Source: Candidatus Latescibacterota bacterium
GTDB lineage: Bacteria > Latescibacterota > UBA2968 > UBA8231
Length of the DNA stretch: 64,000 nt
Direction: 5' to 3'
Assembly: GCA_965261395.1 (NCBI GenBank)
Contig: OZ253462.1
Span: 5,184,001 to 5,248,000 of the forward strand
Part shown: positions 46,952 to 57,070 of the stretch, piece after piece
How the letters are laid out: every line of letters begins with the position of its first letter
Position numbering within the stretch: position 1 is the stretch's first letter
Notes under the pieces: model-generated
Told to the model about the DNA's origin: nothing
Seen by the model: only the letters and a program-made list of their open reading frames with translations
The model's database searches: none
Program-made: the position numbers and the translations under genes

Positions 46952-48073
46952 CTAGAAGCGCGCCGCGGCTAGAGGGCCGGGGTCGCGTCCGTCCAGGGCC
47001 AGTTCCACCATGCGTTCGGCGGCCAACAGGCCGATGGAGTTGCCGTAACCACTAAAGCCTAGGGCAAAGACCGCGTCGGGCAGATCCGGGAGGGCACCGA
47101 CAGCCGCCCGGCGATCCGGAGTGAAGCCGTGGATGCCGGCCCAGTGGTACTCGATTTCAAAGGAGAGGCCCGGGAACCAGCGGCGCAGATAGGTCTCGAG
47201 GTTCTGTAGCAGATTCGGGGTGACGGCGTCCTCGGCAGTGTACTCCTGCTCCTCAAAAAAAGCCCGAGCACCACCGATCATCAAACGCCCATCTTCAAAC
47301 TGACGGAAGTAATGGTATTCGGTGATGCCGGCGACCTCCATCAGGGGTTCCACTGGGGTGGTCACGAGAATCTGGCCGCGCACTGGGCGCACAATGCGGC
47401 GCAGGTACGGGTGCAGATCGCAGCCATATCCGTTGGTGGCGATGTACACCTTGCGGCAGCGGATATGAGCACGGCGTCCACGCACCCTCAGGCCCTGGCC
47501 CTCCGCTTCGATGCGATAGACCTCATTGTGGTCGTAGAAGGTGGCCCCGGAGGAGGAGGCAATGGCCTCGGTGAGGCGTGCTGGTTGCACCATGAAATCG
47601 CCCTCCACCTGTAGAGATGCCGCGTACCCAGCGCCATAGGGATCGCTCTGGGCAAACTCGACCTCAACGCCGTCGGCTGCAAAGGCGCGGGCCCACTCTT
47701 CCAGTTCACGGGCGTCGGCTTGGGTTTCGGCTAGGTGGATGGCACCCTCTTCCCAGGGCACTTCGTACTGCTTGGCCAAGGCGCGCATCCGGGCGACGTT
47801 GTCGCACACCATGGCGAGGATTTGGCGGGCGGCCGGGTGCCCCACTTGGGCGATGAGGATGGGGTACGTCTCGCGCTGCGAGGTCAGCACAAAGCCGGCG
47901 TTGCGGCCCGATGCACCGGCGGCCGGAAAGCGGGCATCGACCAGGGCCACATCGCGGCCCCGCTGGTGCAGCAAGGTAGCTGCGTACGAGCCGACAATGC
48001 CAGCGCCGATCACCACATCGTCGTGTTCAGCCTGCAACGGCTCAGATACTTCCTGCCATTGGGATACAGTCAT
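46952..48073 (-). CDS. FAD-dependent oxidoreductase (DAO/PuuB-like)
   Basis: VVIGAGIVG, GASGRNAG, ATNGY and GFSGYG motifs. Confidence 0.9.
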   Translation of the reverse strand: MTVSQWQEVSEPLQAEHDDVVIGAGIVGSYAATLLHQRGRDVALVDARFPAAGASGRNAGFVLTSQRETYPILIAQVGHPAARQILAMVCDNVARMRALAKQYEVPWEEGAIHLAETQADARELEEWARAFAADGVEVEFAQSDPYGAGYAASLQVEGDFMVQPARLTEAIASSSGATFYDHNEVYRIEAEGQGLRVRGRRAHIRCRKVYIATNGYGCDLHPYLRRIVRPVRGQILVTTPVEPLMEVAGITEYHYFRQFEDGRLMIGGARAFFEEQEYTAEDAVTPNLLQNLETYLRRWFPGLSFEIEYHWAGIHGFTPDRRAAVGALPDLPDAVFALGFSGYGNSIGLLAAERMVELALDGRDPGPLAAARF

Positions 48074-48129
48074 AATGCCTCCAAGGGGATGATGGCCGTT
48101 CCGGGATTGTCGCCCCCGATAATCGGCCT

Positions 48130-48178
48130 AAGTTGACGACCGCGTCAACAAGGGTGGCGTCTTTCGCGCCGACTGACG
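48130..48178 (+). repeat. Displaced duplicate of the enolase-gene 3' end (…DDRVNKGGVFRAD*)
   Basis: AAGTTGACGACCGCGTCAACAAGGGTGGCGTCTTTCGCGCCGACTGACG versus 46881-46929. Confidence 0.9.
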
Positions 48179-48187
48179 CGAGTGCCT

Positions 48188-49003
48188 CTAAACATCCTGC
48201 ACCCGACGCCAGCGGTCGTAGTAGCCCTGCATCCGCGCCGGTAGCCCGGCCCGCACATTGTCGGCCAGTTGCCAGCGGAAGCGCTCGTCGAGGACTTCGC
48301 GCGGTTGATCTTCCTCGTGCTTGACTAACGCGCCCGTCAGGGTCAGCCGCTCGGCCGCGCCAGCGGGCACGCGACCCCGGTGAATAGTGTTGCCGGTCCA
48401 GAAAATGGTCTGCCCCTTTTGCAGCACGATTTGCTGTGCATTGGGTACGGCACCCTTGCGGTCGTTGATCAGCACTTCGCGCTCGCGCTCGGTGCGGTAG
48501 CGGCGCTGGCTGCCCGGCACCAGCCACAGACAGGCGTCGTCGGCCAAGGCCAAGTGCCATTTGACCAAGTTCTTGCGATAGCGGCCCAAAATCTCCAGCT
48601 CCACCTCCCGGCTGCCGTCGCGCTCCTCGTGGCCAAAGTCGCGGTGCCAGCCCGTGTCGTAGTCCGTCGGGCCGCACAGGACAATCAGCCCCACCCAACC
48701 CAAGCGCAACGGGCCGCCCACCACGGCACGCACGCAGGTCTCCACCGGCTCCGACATGAGGTATTCGGCAAAGATCGGCTCGCCAAACTCGGGCGCGATC
48801 AAGCCCAAGATGTGGCGCGGTTCCACGCCCGGGCCGCCGGTGCTGATCCGCTCGTCCGTAGCCACCACCGCGCCGGAGTGCACCTTTTCCGCCGCGCGCC
48901 GTGCCCCGACCTCCAAGGCCGCTAGCATGTCCGGGGCAACTGCGTCGTCGGCAATGAAATAACCCCGCTCGCGGTATTGCTCAATCTGCAATGATGTCGC
49001 CAT
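48188..49003 (-). CDS. Phytanoyl-CoA dioxygenase (PhyH) family
   Basis: QYRERGYF, WHRD, LVPGSQ and IHRG motifs; RBS before ATG 49003. Confidence 0.85.
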   Translation of the reverse strand: MATSLQIEQYRERGYFIADDAVAPDMLAALEVGARRAAEKVHSGAVVATDERISTGGPGVEPRHILGLIAPEFGEPIFAEYLMSEPVETCVRAVVGGPLRLGWVGLIVLCGPTDYDTGWHRDFGHEERDGSREVELEILGRYRKNLVKWHLALADDACLWLVPGSQRRYRTEREREVLINDRKGAVPNAQQIVLQKGQTIFWTGNTIHRGRVPAGAAERLTLTGALVKHEEDQPREVLDERFRWQLADNVRAGLPARMQGYYDRWRRVQDV

Positions 49004-49023
49004 GTAGCCCTCTCCTCTCCGCG

Positions 49024-49935
49024 CTAGGGCCGGTACGGCTCGCCCGTGCGCCGCAGCTTCTTGGTCACCGCGATCTGACAGGTCGCGTACCCGCCCATGT
49101 AGCCGGTGGCAAAGCCTGGGCGCGCGTCCCCAATGGTGCCGACGATCATGTTGGCGTATTCGTACGTGGTGTCGTAGCGGTCGCAAATGAGGGCCACCAT
49201 TTCGAGCCACGCCGCTTTGAGCGCGTCGCCCCACTCTTCCGCGCGCGCGCTGGTGAGGTATTCCTCGGCGTCTTCCACAACCCTAGTGGTCTCGACCACG
49301 GGGCTGCTGTTGGGAAACCCAGGCGAGCGATCTACCTTGAGCGTGATGGCCGAGTCGATCTCGACCCCCGCCCCGGTCAACTCGCCATCGCCCATGCGCG
49401 CATGGACATCGCCCAACGAGAGCAATCCCCCGGGCTTTTGCGCGCGGATGTGGACGGTGCTGCCGGGCTGGATGGCATTGAAATCCATGTTGCCGCCGTG
49501 ATCGATGGCGTTGGGTGCCCACGATTCGAGCTGGACAACGCCGATCATCGGCCGCACTGGTACGACAAAATCCGGCGGAAAGTAGATCAGCCCGTCGCGT
49601 ACCGGCGCCACGCAGCGCCAATTGCCCCAATTGGGACCGCCGTTGCGATAGAATCCATAGGGGCCAACCTCCATCTCGACGATCTCAATGGCCACCCAAT
49701 CGTCCGGCCCAATGCCCTCGATGAGAAAGGGACCGCCGGGGCGGGCGTAGCGGCGATGGCTCTCCCCAGAAGTAATCATGCCAGCGCGAGTCTCCCCGGC
49801 CGCTTCAAAGTCGTTGTCCGCGCCGCCAATGGTCTCGATGATGACGGTTTCTCCAAGAGCCAAAGTGCCGCGCACTTGGCCGATTTCCGGGTCGTCCGGC
49901 CCGCTGTAATGGGGGGTGCGAGTAAAGCGACGCAT
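49024..49935 (-). CDS. Acetamidase/formamidase family protein
   Basis: PMIGV, HGGNMD and LSLGDVHARMGDGELTG..VE motifs. Confidence 0.88.
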   Translation of the reverse strand: MRRFTRTPHYSGPDDPEIGQVRGTLALGETVIIETIGGADNDFEAAGETRAGMITSGESHRRYARPGGPFLIEGIGPDDWVAIEIVEMEVGPYGFYRNGGPNWGNWRCVAPVRDGLIYFPPDFVVPVRPMIGVVQLESWAPNAIDHGGNMDFNAIQPGSTVHIRAQKPGGLLSLGDVHARMGDGELTGAGVEIDSAITLKVDRSPGFPNSSPVVETTRVVEDAEEYLTSARAEEWGDALKAAWLEMVALICDRYDTTYEYANMIVGTIGDARPGFATGYMGGYATCQIAVTKKLRRTGEPYRP

Positions 49936-50031
49936 AAGCGTTCTCCTTGCTGAGGTCGGCGGCCCAAGCTACAAAAAGGCCCCGCGCCATGATGGATAGG
50001 TTAAGCGGAAAAAAGTGTGTGTGTTAGAATC

Positions 50032-50826
50032 CTAGCGCCCCTCGGCAAACGGAAAGGTCCCGTTGTACCCGAGCGCGGCAATAGCCGGCAGCGGCGAACT
50101 GACAAAAGGAATCCCCGGGAACATCGGCGTCTGCTGATAGTGCAATACCACATTGCCGCGGATGGGTGCGTCGGCATCTTCCTTTAGCTTTGCACCCTGG
50201 TGCGGGATGTGGCTGAAGAACACCACTGCGTCGCCGGTCATGGGATGGAGGTGGATGTGCTCCTGCTGCTCGCACCACTGGTAAAAGGGGTTGTCGGAAT
50301 TGTACCCGCCTAGGTGGCGGATTTCTTCCGGCAGGGCGTTGTGGCAGAAGTTGTTGATGAAGGTCAAGCGCCCGGTCTCTGGCGCGTTGTCCGTCAGGTA
50401 AAACGTGGTGTTTATGCACAGTGGCCGCAGCGCGTGTCGCGCTTCGTCGGGCGCGTCCCAATAATAGCCAAAGTCCTTGTGCCACTCTTGGGTATAAGCC
50501 CCCGGATTGAGGTGCGCGCGAAAGCTCCGCAACTGGCATTGCCGCCCGAGCATGGCCTGTAAATACGACGCGACCGAGGGATGGCCGATCATGGGCCGAG
50601 CCAGCTCGGGTTCCTGCTCCAACAGGTGGTCAAAAGCCACATTGCCCACTTCGTTGCTAATATCCCATTCCCGCCGCTCGTACTTCCGCACCAAGCACTC
50701 CCGCCAAGCCAGCACTACATCCTCGGGCAGCGCGTTGCGCACCAATAGAAAGCCGTGCCGGTCGAGCGCGTCGAGTTGATCTTCCAACTCGGAGATTTGG
50801 GCTGTATCCGCAATGATTTCGCTCAT
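50032..50826 (-). CDS. Phytanoyl-CoA dioxygenase (PhyH) family
   Basis: LDRHGFLLV, WHKD, YLTD...G.L and GDAVVF..HIPHQG motifs. Confidence 0.82.
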   Translation of the reverse strand: MSEIIADTAQISELEDQLDALDRHGFLLVRNALPEDVVLAWRECLVRKYERREWDISNEVGNVAFDHLLEQEPELARPMIGHPSVASYLQAMLGRQCQLRSFRAHLNPGAYTQEWHKDFGYYWDAPDEARHALRPLCINTTFYLTDNAPETGRLTFINNFCHNALPEEIRHLGGYNSDNPFYQWCEQQEHIHLHPMTGDAVVFFSHIPHQGAKLKEDADAPIRGNVVLHYQQTPMFPGIPFVSSPLPAIAALGYNGTFPFAEGR

Positions 50827-50843
50827 GGAAAAGTTCCTAGTCT

Positions 50844-51563
50844 TTAGTGGTCATTTACATTGCGCGCAAAATACCGCTCCCAGCACTCCGTCGGCTCAAA
50901 GCCCAAGATGCGCCGGGCCTTATCGATATTGTACTTTCCGTGCCCCTCCCAGCTAAGCAAGTTGAACTCCTGAAAGCAGTCCGGCACCTCGGGGATTTCC
51001 AACGCCAGCCGACAGGCGTGCTGCAAGTCCTCCCACACCACCGTAAAGGGCGGAAAGTCCCCAGTGCTTTGCGTCGGTCGCGGCCCCAAGCCATTGAACA
51101 CAAAACTGATCGTCTGAATGCCATACGCCCGTGCATACGTCCGGCAAATCTCGCTCGCCAAGCCCTTCGTCAGGCAGTAATAACCCGTGGTCAAAACCGG
51201 CGGCACGTCCGCAATGTCAAAGTCGTGGTCATAGGTGCGGCGGACGAATTGCGGGGCGGAGTGAATCACCTTTTTGATCCCGTGCTCAGCCGCGGCCTGC
51301 ATCGCGTTGAGCGCTCCGCGTGTGTTGACGTGAAAACTCTGCTCAGGATGGTTGCGCACGACCGTAAAATTCATGATCGCGTCCATGCCCGCGGCTGCAT
51401 CCCGCACCTGCTCCCGCGACGACACATCGCAATGCACGATGGGCTTGCCATCCGGGTGCGGGGCGATGTCCGCCAGCGTCATATCGTATGTATCTTCGAG
51501 ACCGGGCAGTAGATTGGGGGCGATCATCCCCGAGGCCCCTAACAGCAACACTTTTTTCTTCAC
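50844..51563 (-). CDS. NAD(P)-dependent epimerase/dehydratase (extended SDR)
   Basis: LLGASGMIA and YCLTK (YxxxK) motifs. Confidence 0.85.
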   Translation of the reverse strand: MKKKVLLLGASGMIAPNLLPGLEDTYDMTLADIAPHPDGKPIVHCDVSSREQVRDAAAGMDAIMNFTVVRNHPEQSFHVNTRGALNAMQAAAEHGIKKVIHSAPQFVRRTYDHDFDIADVPPVLTTGYYCLTKGLASEICRTYARAYGIQTISFVFNGLGPRPTQSTGDFPPFTVVWEDLQHACRLALEIPEVPDCFQEFNLLSWEGHGKYNIDKARRILGFEPTECWERYFARNVNDH

Positions 51564-52285
51564 GCCTTGCCTCCGCGAAACTCGCGCTGCGGCCGATAGC
51601 CCATAGACTTAGCTTGATCGAGCAAAAACTTGGGATGGGCGATGGGCGCGGCGATGTGGTACACAGCCCAGCGCGGCACCCAATTTAGGGACGCGCTCGC
51701 GTCGCGCGCCAACGCCGCGCAAAACGCCTGCGCTGCATCCCGAATATCGACCCACATCAAATCGCGTTCCCGCCCGGCGACCTCCTCCTCCCGCACCAGC
51801 TTGCCGAGGCGCAACGCCGTGACCGTGATGGGATACTCGCGCGCAAATTCGCGGCACGTAATCTCGCCCAAATACCGCGCCAGCACCGCCATCTCGGGGG
51901 CAGGCAATGGCTTGTAATGCTCAGTGACGTACACTGTGTCGGGATACGCGCGAAATACTTCAAGAGTGCTGCCGTACACAAACCGCTTGACGCCGGCCTC
52001 CACCGCCGCCTGAAACAGCACGTGCGTACCGCGCGTCGCTCGGTCGAGCAGGGTCTCTTCGCTCTCGGGCGCAGGCGGCGGCTCGCCCGTGTGGACGACG
52101 GCATCTACATTGCGCACCGCCTGCCATATCGCGTCTGGATCCGTCAGCCGGCCTGCGACCCATTCGACATCTTGCCGCGGCGGCGCGCAGTCGTCCAGCA
52201 GACGCAACTCCGCGTTTTCCGCTTCCAGCGCAGCGGCCACCTCTTGGCCTAGTGCACTAGCCGCGCCCGTAACCAATACCCGCAT
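51560..52285 (-). CDS. NAD(P)-dependent epimerase/dehydratase-like SDR (atypical catalytic motif)
   Basis: MRVLVTGAAS and GVKRFVYGST; lacks a canonical YxxxK. Confidence 0.75.
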   Translation of the reverse strand: MRVLVTGAASALGQEVAAALEAENAELRLLDDCAPPRQDVEWVAGRLTDPDAIWQAVRNVDAVVHTGEPPPAPESEETLLDRATRGTHVLFQAAVEAGVKRFVYGSTLEVFRAYPDTVYVTEHYKPLPAPEMAVLARYLGEITCREFAREYPITVTALRLGKLVREEEVAGRERDLMWVDIRDAAQAFCAALARDASASLNWVPRWAVYHIAAPIAHPKFLLDQAKSMGYRPQREFRGGKA

Positions 52286-52309
52286 CGGCTCGTATCCTTT
52301 GCAATATTT

Positions 52310-53440
52310 CTAACGGAACCAATCGTACGTCAGCGCCAAGCTGCGGTCGGCCAGCGGCAATTCCACCCGCTCGCCGCCTTGGGCCGCCGACCGCTTCAGC
52401 CCCAGTTCCACTTCCAGCGCGACCGCGACCCGCCGCCCGGAATTTTTCGGCTCGTCCAACCGCCCCTCCATGCAGGCGATCAGGTCGTCGAGACAGTACA
52501 CCGTCCGCATCCCCGACAAAAACTGCGGCGCGGGCCACGGCATTTCCACCCGCCCTGCCGCCGGTGTTTCCACGTCTTGATAGAGCCGCCACCGATTGTG
52601 CTCAAAGACCATCTCCCCCCGACTCCCCGAAATCCGCACCTCGGGCGCGCCAGCACGGATGTGGACCACCAAGCCATCGCTGCACGCGATCATTCCCTGC
52701 CCCATGAACTCAGTGCTGCCGCGCTCCCGCCGCGGCTGATCGCCCGTGCCGCACACCCAGATCGGATCGCCGGTCAAAAAGTAGCTCCAGTCCTGATGCT
52801 GAGCGAAAACCGGAACCCGCGCTTCGAGTGACCGCACCTGACCAATCACCCCCTCCTCTACCAACGACTTGGCCCGCGCAAACGACGGATGCGAAACACT
52901 CGTCGCCCCACCCACTAACGGCACCCCGGCCTCGGCGCAAGCTCCGACCATGGCGTCGGCGTCGGCCAGCGAGAACACCATCGGCTTATCTACCAACACG
53001 CCTCGCACCCCAGCGGCGACCGCGGCGACCGTCAGCGCGGACCGCCCCTCCGTGTTCGTCGCAATCGCCACAATGTCTAGCCGCTCCTCGTCCAACATCT
53101 CCTGCGCATCCGCGTACAGAGCTTCAATGCCGTAGCGTTCCCCGTACATAGCCCGCCGCCGTGGATCCCGGTCGGCCCCGGCCACCAATTCCACTTCGGG
53201 CCGGTCGAAAAGGGCCGCAGCATACGAAGTAGCCAGCCCCTCCTGCCCAGGGTGATCGTAGAGGTGAAACGTCCGCTTGACATCGAGTCCGTCCGGCAGG
53301 GGCCGGTCGGCACTTTCAACATCGTATATCGGCGTCTGATACGACCCGCCAATGCGCTCGTAGTCGCGCTTGCCCAAGTCGTAGAGAAACCCCATCCACC
53401 CCAAGCCGATGACGCCGGCGCGATATTTTCTTTGTTCCAT
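52310..53440 (-). CDS. Gfo/Idh/MocA family oxidoreductase
   Basis: GVIGLGWMG, LDIVAIAT and LVDKPM motifs. Confidence 0.85.
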   Translation of the reverse strand: MEQRKYRAGVIGLGWMGFLYDLGKRDYERIGGSYQTPIYDVESADRPLPDGLDVKRTFHLYDHPGQEGLATSYAAALFDRPEVELVAGADRDPRRRAMYGERYGIEALYADAQEMLDEERLDIVAIATNTEGRSALTVAAVAAGVRGVLVDKPMVFSLADADAMVGACAEAGVPLVGGATSVSHPSFARAKSLVEEGVIGQVRSLEARVPVFAQHQDWSYFLTGDPIWVCGTGDQPRRERGSTEFMGQGMIACSDGLVVHIRAGAPEVRISGSRGEMVFEHNRWRLYQDVETPAAGRVEMPWPAPQFLSGMRTVYCLDDLIACMEGRLDEPKNSGRRVAVALEVELGLKRSAAQGGERVELPLADRSLALTYDWFR

Positions 53441-53446
53441 GCGAAA

Positions 53447-54415
53447 TTAATCTCCTCGTCCCGCTCTGTGCCTCCCCGCCATGCGGCGGATCAACTCGTC
53501 GGCGATGACCCCCGCTAAAATCACCGCACCGATAATGGCAAATTCGAGTTGGGTGGGAATGCCGGAGATATTGATGGCATTGTAGAGCAATCTCATGACC
53601 GCCGCGCCAATGACGACCCCCAAAATCGATCCCTCACCGCCGCGTAGGGAACAGCCCCCCAACACGGCCGCGGCAATCGCATACAGCTCGTAGAAATTGC
53701 CGTGGGCGGCCGGTTGCACCGAGTTGACGTCGAGAGCGAAGAGGATACCCCCCAAACCAGCGGTGCCCGAGCATAAGACGTACGCCAACACTTTCATCCG
53801 CTCAATTTGGATCCCGCTGTAGCGCGCCGCGGTCTCGTTGCGGCCCAGTGCCAACAGGTAGCGACCCCATATCGTGCGGTTGAGGAAAAGGGCGGCGAGG
53901 ACTCCGACAATCAGCAAGAGGAAAAACGGAATCGGCAGCGCAAAGCCACTGCCCAACGGGACCTTGCCAATCGCCAGTTGGCGCAGGCCCTCGTAGGACG
54001 AGCCAAAGCCCTGCACTTGGTCGTGGGTCAGCCAGCGGGCAAAGCCTCGGTAGAACAGCAGACCACACAGCGTGACGACAAACGGCTGTAGCCCTAGGCG
54101 CGTGATTAGCAAGCCGTGCATCAACCCAATGGCCAAGGACAAAACCACCACGGCCAACAGCGCAATGGCCGGCGCGTACCCAGCGACCAACAGCATGGGC
54201 AGCAGACAACCGACCAAGCCGATCAACGAGCCAATCGACAAGTCAATACCGCCCGTGATAATGACAAAGGCCACGCCGATGGAAATGATGCCAAATAGCG
54301 AGGTCCAGCGGATGATATTTTGCAAGTTATAGGCGCTGGCAAACTTAGGTTCGACGACCCAAGTGACCACAAAAATCGTCACCAACAAGCCGAGGATACC
54401 CAGTACTTTCTTCAT
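53447..54415 (-). CDS. Sugar ABC transporter permease (RbsC-like)
   Basis: GGIDLSIG, GRNETAARYSGI and YELYAIAAAVLGG motifs. Confidence 0.92.
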   Translation of the reverse strand: MKKVLGILGLLVTIFVVTWVVEPKFASAYNLQNIIRWTSLFGIISIGVAFVIITGGIDLSIGSLIGLVGCLLPMLLVAGYAPAIALLAVVVLSLAIGLMHGLLITRLGLQPFVVTLCGLLFYRGFARWLTHDQVQGFGSSYEGLRQLAIGKVPLGSGFALPIPFFLLLIVGVLAALFLNRTIWGRYLLALGRNETAARYSGIQIERMKVLAYVLCSGTAGLGGILFALDVNSVQPAAHGNFYELYAIAAAVLGGCSLRGGEGSILGVVIGAAVMRLLYNAINISGIPTQLEFAIIGAVILAGVIADELIRRMAGRHRAGRGD

Positions 54416-54418
54416 CTT

Positions 54419-55909
54419 TTAAGCCGCCTTACCCGTCGCCAAGTGCATAATCGCCTCCTCGCTGAGCGCGTCCCGCTGGAGCTGGCCGGTAATGCGGCCC
54501 TCGTGCATGACCAACACCTCATCGGCCATCCCCAGAATTTCCTCCAACTCACTCGACGTAAACAGCACCGCTACGCCGCTTTCGGCCAACTCTTCCATCA
54601 GGCGGTAAATCGCTTGTTTGGCTCCTATGTCGATGCCGCGAGTCGGTTCGTCGAGCAGCAACACGCGGGGCGCGAGAGCCAGCCACTTGGCCAGCACCGC
54701 CTTTTGCTGGTTGCCACCGGATAGGTACTGAACGATTTGGGCCGGGCCGGGGGTGCGGATGGCGAGGCGCTCAATCATCTGGTCGGCGTCTGCGGCTTGG
54801 CGGGCAAAATTGGCCCAACCGGCAAAGTGCTGATAGTGCCCCAAGCCGGGCAAGCCGATGTTGTCGCACAGGGCCATTTCGAGGATCAGGCCCTGTTGCT
54901 TGCGGTCTTCGGGCACGAGGGCTAAGCCAGCGCGAATGGCGTCGGCCGGCGAGCGGATCACCTGCGGTGCGCCGTCGATGAGAACGCGGCCTCCGAGCGC
55001 GGGAACCAGGCCGAACAGCACCTCTAACAGCTCGGTGCGCCCCGCGCCGACCAGACCGGCGATGCCGACGAGCTGACCGCGCCGGATCGCGAAATTGAGC
55101 CGGTGAGCGGGCCAAGCAGGGATGACCAAGTCCTCGGCTTGGAGGGCGATGTCGCCGGCTGGATGTGCTTGGTGCGCGTAGTACTGGGCAATGTCGCGGC
55201 CGACCATCTTCGCCACCATGGCGTCGTGGCTGATCTCCGCGCGGGCCAGCTCGCCGGCGTTTTTCCCGTCGCGGAGGATCATAACCCGGTCGGCTAGAGC
55301 TTCTACCTCTCCGAGGCGGTGGGAGATATAGACGATGGCCACGCCGCGCTCACGCAGCTCGTTGATGACCGCGAATAGGGCCTCGGCCTCTTGGCTGGTG
55401 AGGCTGGAGGTCGGCTCGTCCATAATCAGCACCCGCGCCTCGGTCGAGAGCGCCTTGGCGATTTCGACGAGCTGCTGGTGGCCAATGGGCAAGTCGCCCA
55501 TCAGGGTATCCGGCGACACCTCGAGCCCGAGTTGTGCGAGGGCTTGGACGGCCCCCCGGCGGACGGTAGCGCGGTCGATCAGCCCCCACTTATGCGGCTC
55601 GCGGCCGAGGTAGAGGTTGGCGGCGACCGAGAGATTGGCGCAAAAGTTGAGTTCTTGATGGATCAGGGCGATGCCGAGCGCAGTAGCACGGCGCGGCGAG
55701 TCGATTATCACCGACTCCCCATCGCGCACAATCTGGCCGCTGTCCGGGGTCTCAATGCCGGCGAGAATTTTCATCAGGGTGGATTTGCCAGCCCCGTTTT
55801 CGCCGATGACGGCGAGGACTTCTCCTGCCTCCACCGCCATGTCCACTGCGTCGAGGGCACGGACCCCGGGAAAGCGCTTGCTAATGCCGCGGGCGGCCAA
55901 CAGCGTCAT
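54419..55909 (-). CDS. Sugar ABC transporter ATP-binding protein (RbsA-like, two NBDs)
   Basis: GENGAGKST, MDEPT, LSGGNQQK and DEPTRGID motifs. Confidence 0.93.
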   Translation of the reverse strand: MTLLAARGISKRFPGVRALDAVDMAVEAGEVLAVIGENGAGKSTLMKILAGIETPDSGQIVRDGESVIIDSPRRATALGIALIHQELNFCANLSVAANLYLGREPHKWGLIDRATVRRGAVQALAQLGLEVSPDTLMGDLPIGHQQLVEIAKALSTEARVLIMDEPTSSLTSQEAEALFAVINELRERGVAIVYISHRLGEVEALADRVMILRDGKNAGELARAEISHDAMVAKMVGRDIAQYYAHQAHPAGDIALQAEDLVIPAWPAHRLNFAIRRGQLVGIAGLVGAGRTELLEVLFGLVPALGGRVLIDGAPQVIRSPADAIRAGLALVPEDRKQQGLILEMALCDNIGLPGLGHYQHFAGWANFARQAADADQMIERLAIRTPGPAQIVQYLSGGNQQKAVLAKWLALAPRVLLLDEPTRGIDIGAKQAIYRLMEELAESGVAVLFTSSELEEILGMADEVLVMHEGRITGQLQRDALSEEAIMHLATGKAA

Positions 55910-56901
55910 TAGTGAGTGCCGGTCAGGGTTTTCAGTTCATCCCAAAAGGCTTCGACATTGTCGCGGCGGATGGACCGCGCTGGTACGTCGAGTACTCCAC
56001 CATCGGGCAAGACCGAGCGGTCGCCGCGGGCAAGGGCAGCGAGGATCCGCACCGACTCGTACCCGTAGCGATACGGATTTTGCACCACCGTGCCGTAAAT
56101 GTGGCCGTCGATGATGCCTTGGAGGGTGGGGGCTTCCTCGTCAAAGGCGATGATTTGGATCTGGCCGGTCTTGCCAGCTTCCTTGATCGCTTCGAGGCAC
56201 ATCGGCGGATTGTAGGCAAAGAGGCCGACGACGCCGTGCAGGTCCGGGTACTTGGCAATGGCGTCCTCGACTTGGGCCTTGGCCTTAGCGTAGTCGAACT
56301 GGTCGGTGCGGGTGTCGAGAATGGTGTATTGGTCGCCGGCGATCGGACCGCTGTTCGGGTCGTGGCGCGTCGGATCAAAGGAGCGCCCGAGCAATTCGTC
56401 GATGAGGCCCTGGCGGCGCTGGCGGGCGTTGAGCTGTTCGAGGCGACCAACGAAGATCATGATGTTTCCGCCGTCGGGCAGAGCCTCTTTGACCAGCGCC
56501 CCGCAGACGCGGCCAGCCGAGTAGTTGTCGATGCCAATAAAGCAAAGGCGGTTGCTTTGCGGAGCGTCCGAGTCGTGGGTGAGCAGGTTGGTGCGGGCGG
56601 CGGCTTCGTTGAGCAGGCCAGTCTGATTGTCCGGGTCGATAGGGCTTATGGCCATGCCGTCGATTCCTCGGGCAAGCAGGGCTTGAATGATGCGCTTCTG
56701 ATCGGCGACCCCCTCGCCGGGCATTTGCACCTCAGCGTCGGCGGCAAATTCGGCGGCAGCGGCTTCGACCCCTTTGGTGGCAATGGTCCAAAAGGGGCCA
56801 ACGCCATTGGTGACAAAGGCGATTTGGGGCTTGGCCGCCGGTTGCGGCGCGTCGCTACAGGCGATAACAATCAAGGCGAGGAGCAAAAGGGACGTTTTCA
56901 T
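55909..56901 (-). CDS. Sugar ABC transporter substrate-binding lipoprotein (RbsB-like)
   Basis: Lipobox VIAC; FVTN...FW, GIDNY and [10 protein letters not shown] motifs. Confidence 0.9.
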   Translation of the reverse strand: MKTSLLLLALIVIACSDAPQPAAKPQIAFVTNGVGPFWTIATKGVEAAAAEFAADAEVQMPGEGVADQKRIIQALLARGIDGMAISPIDPDNQTGLLNEAAARTNLLTHDSDAPQSNRLCFIGIDNYSAGRVCGALVKEALPDGGNIMIFVGRLEQLNARQRRQGLIDELLGRSFDPTRHDPNSGPIAGDQYTILDTRTDQFDYAKAKAQVEDAIAKYPDLHGVVGLFAYNPPMCLEAIKEAGKTGQIQIIAFDEEAPTLQGIIDGHIYGTVVQNPYRYGYESVRILAALARGDRSVLPDGGVLDVPARSIRRDNVEAFWDELKTLTGTH

Positions 56902-57070
56902 AATTATCTCGCTAGGAGGTTTAAGGACGCGACACCCGCTCTATGGCCGTCGCGCCCTCGACGAGAGCAGGATACTCGTAGGAGCTAACTCTGTTGCCCC
57001 CGCGAATGCGGAATGCCTATGTTACGTCCGGCAAAAAGGAAGCGCAAGATTAACGATAGAAGGAGGGGCC

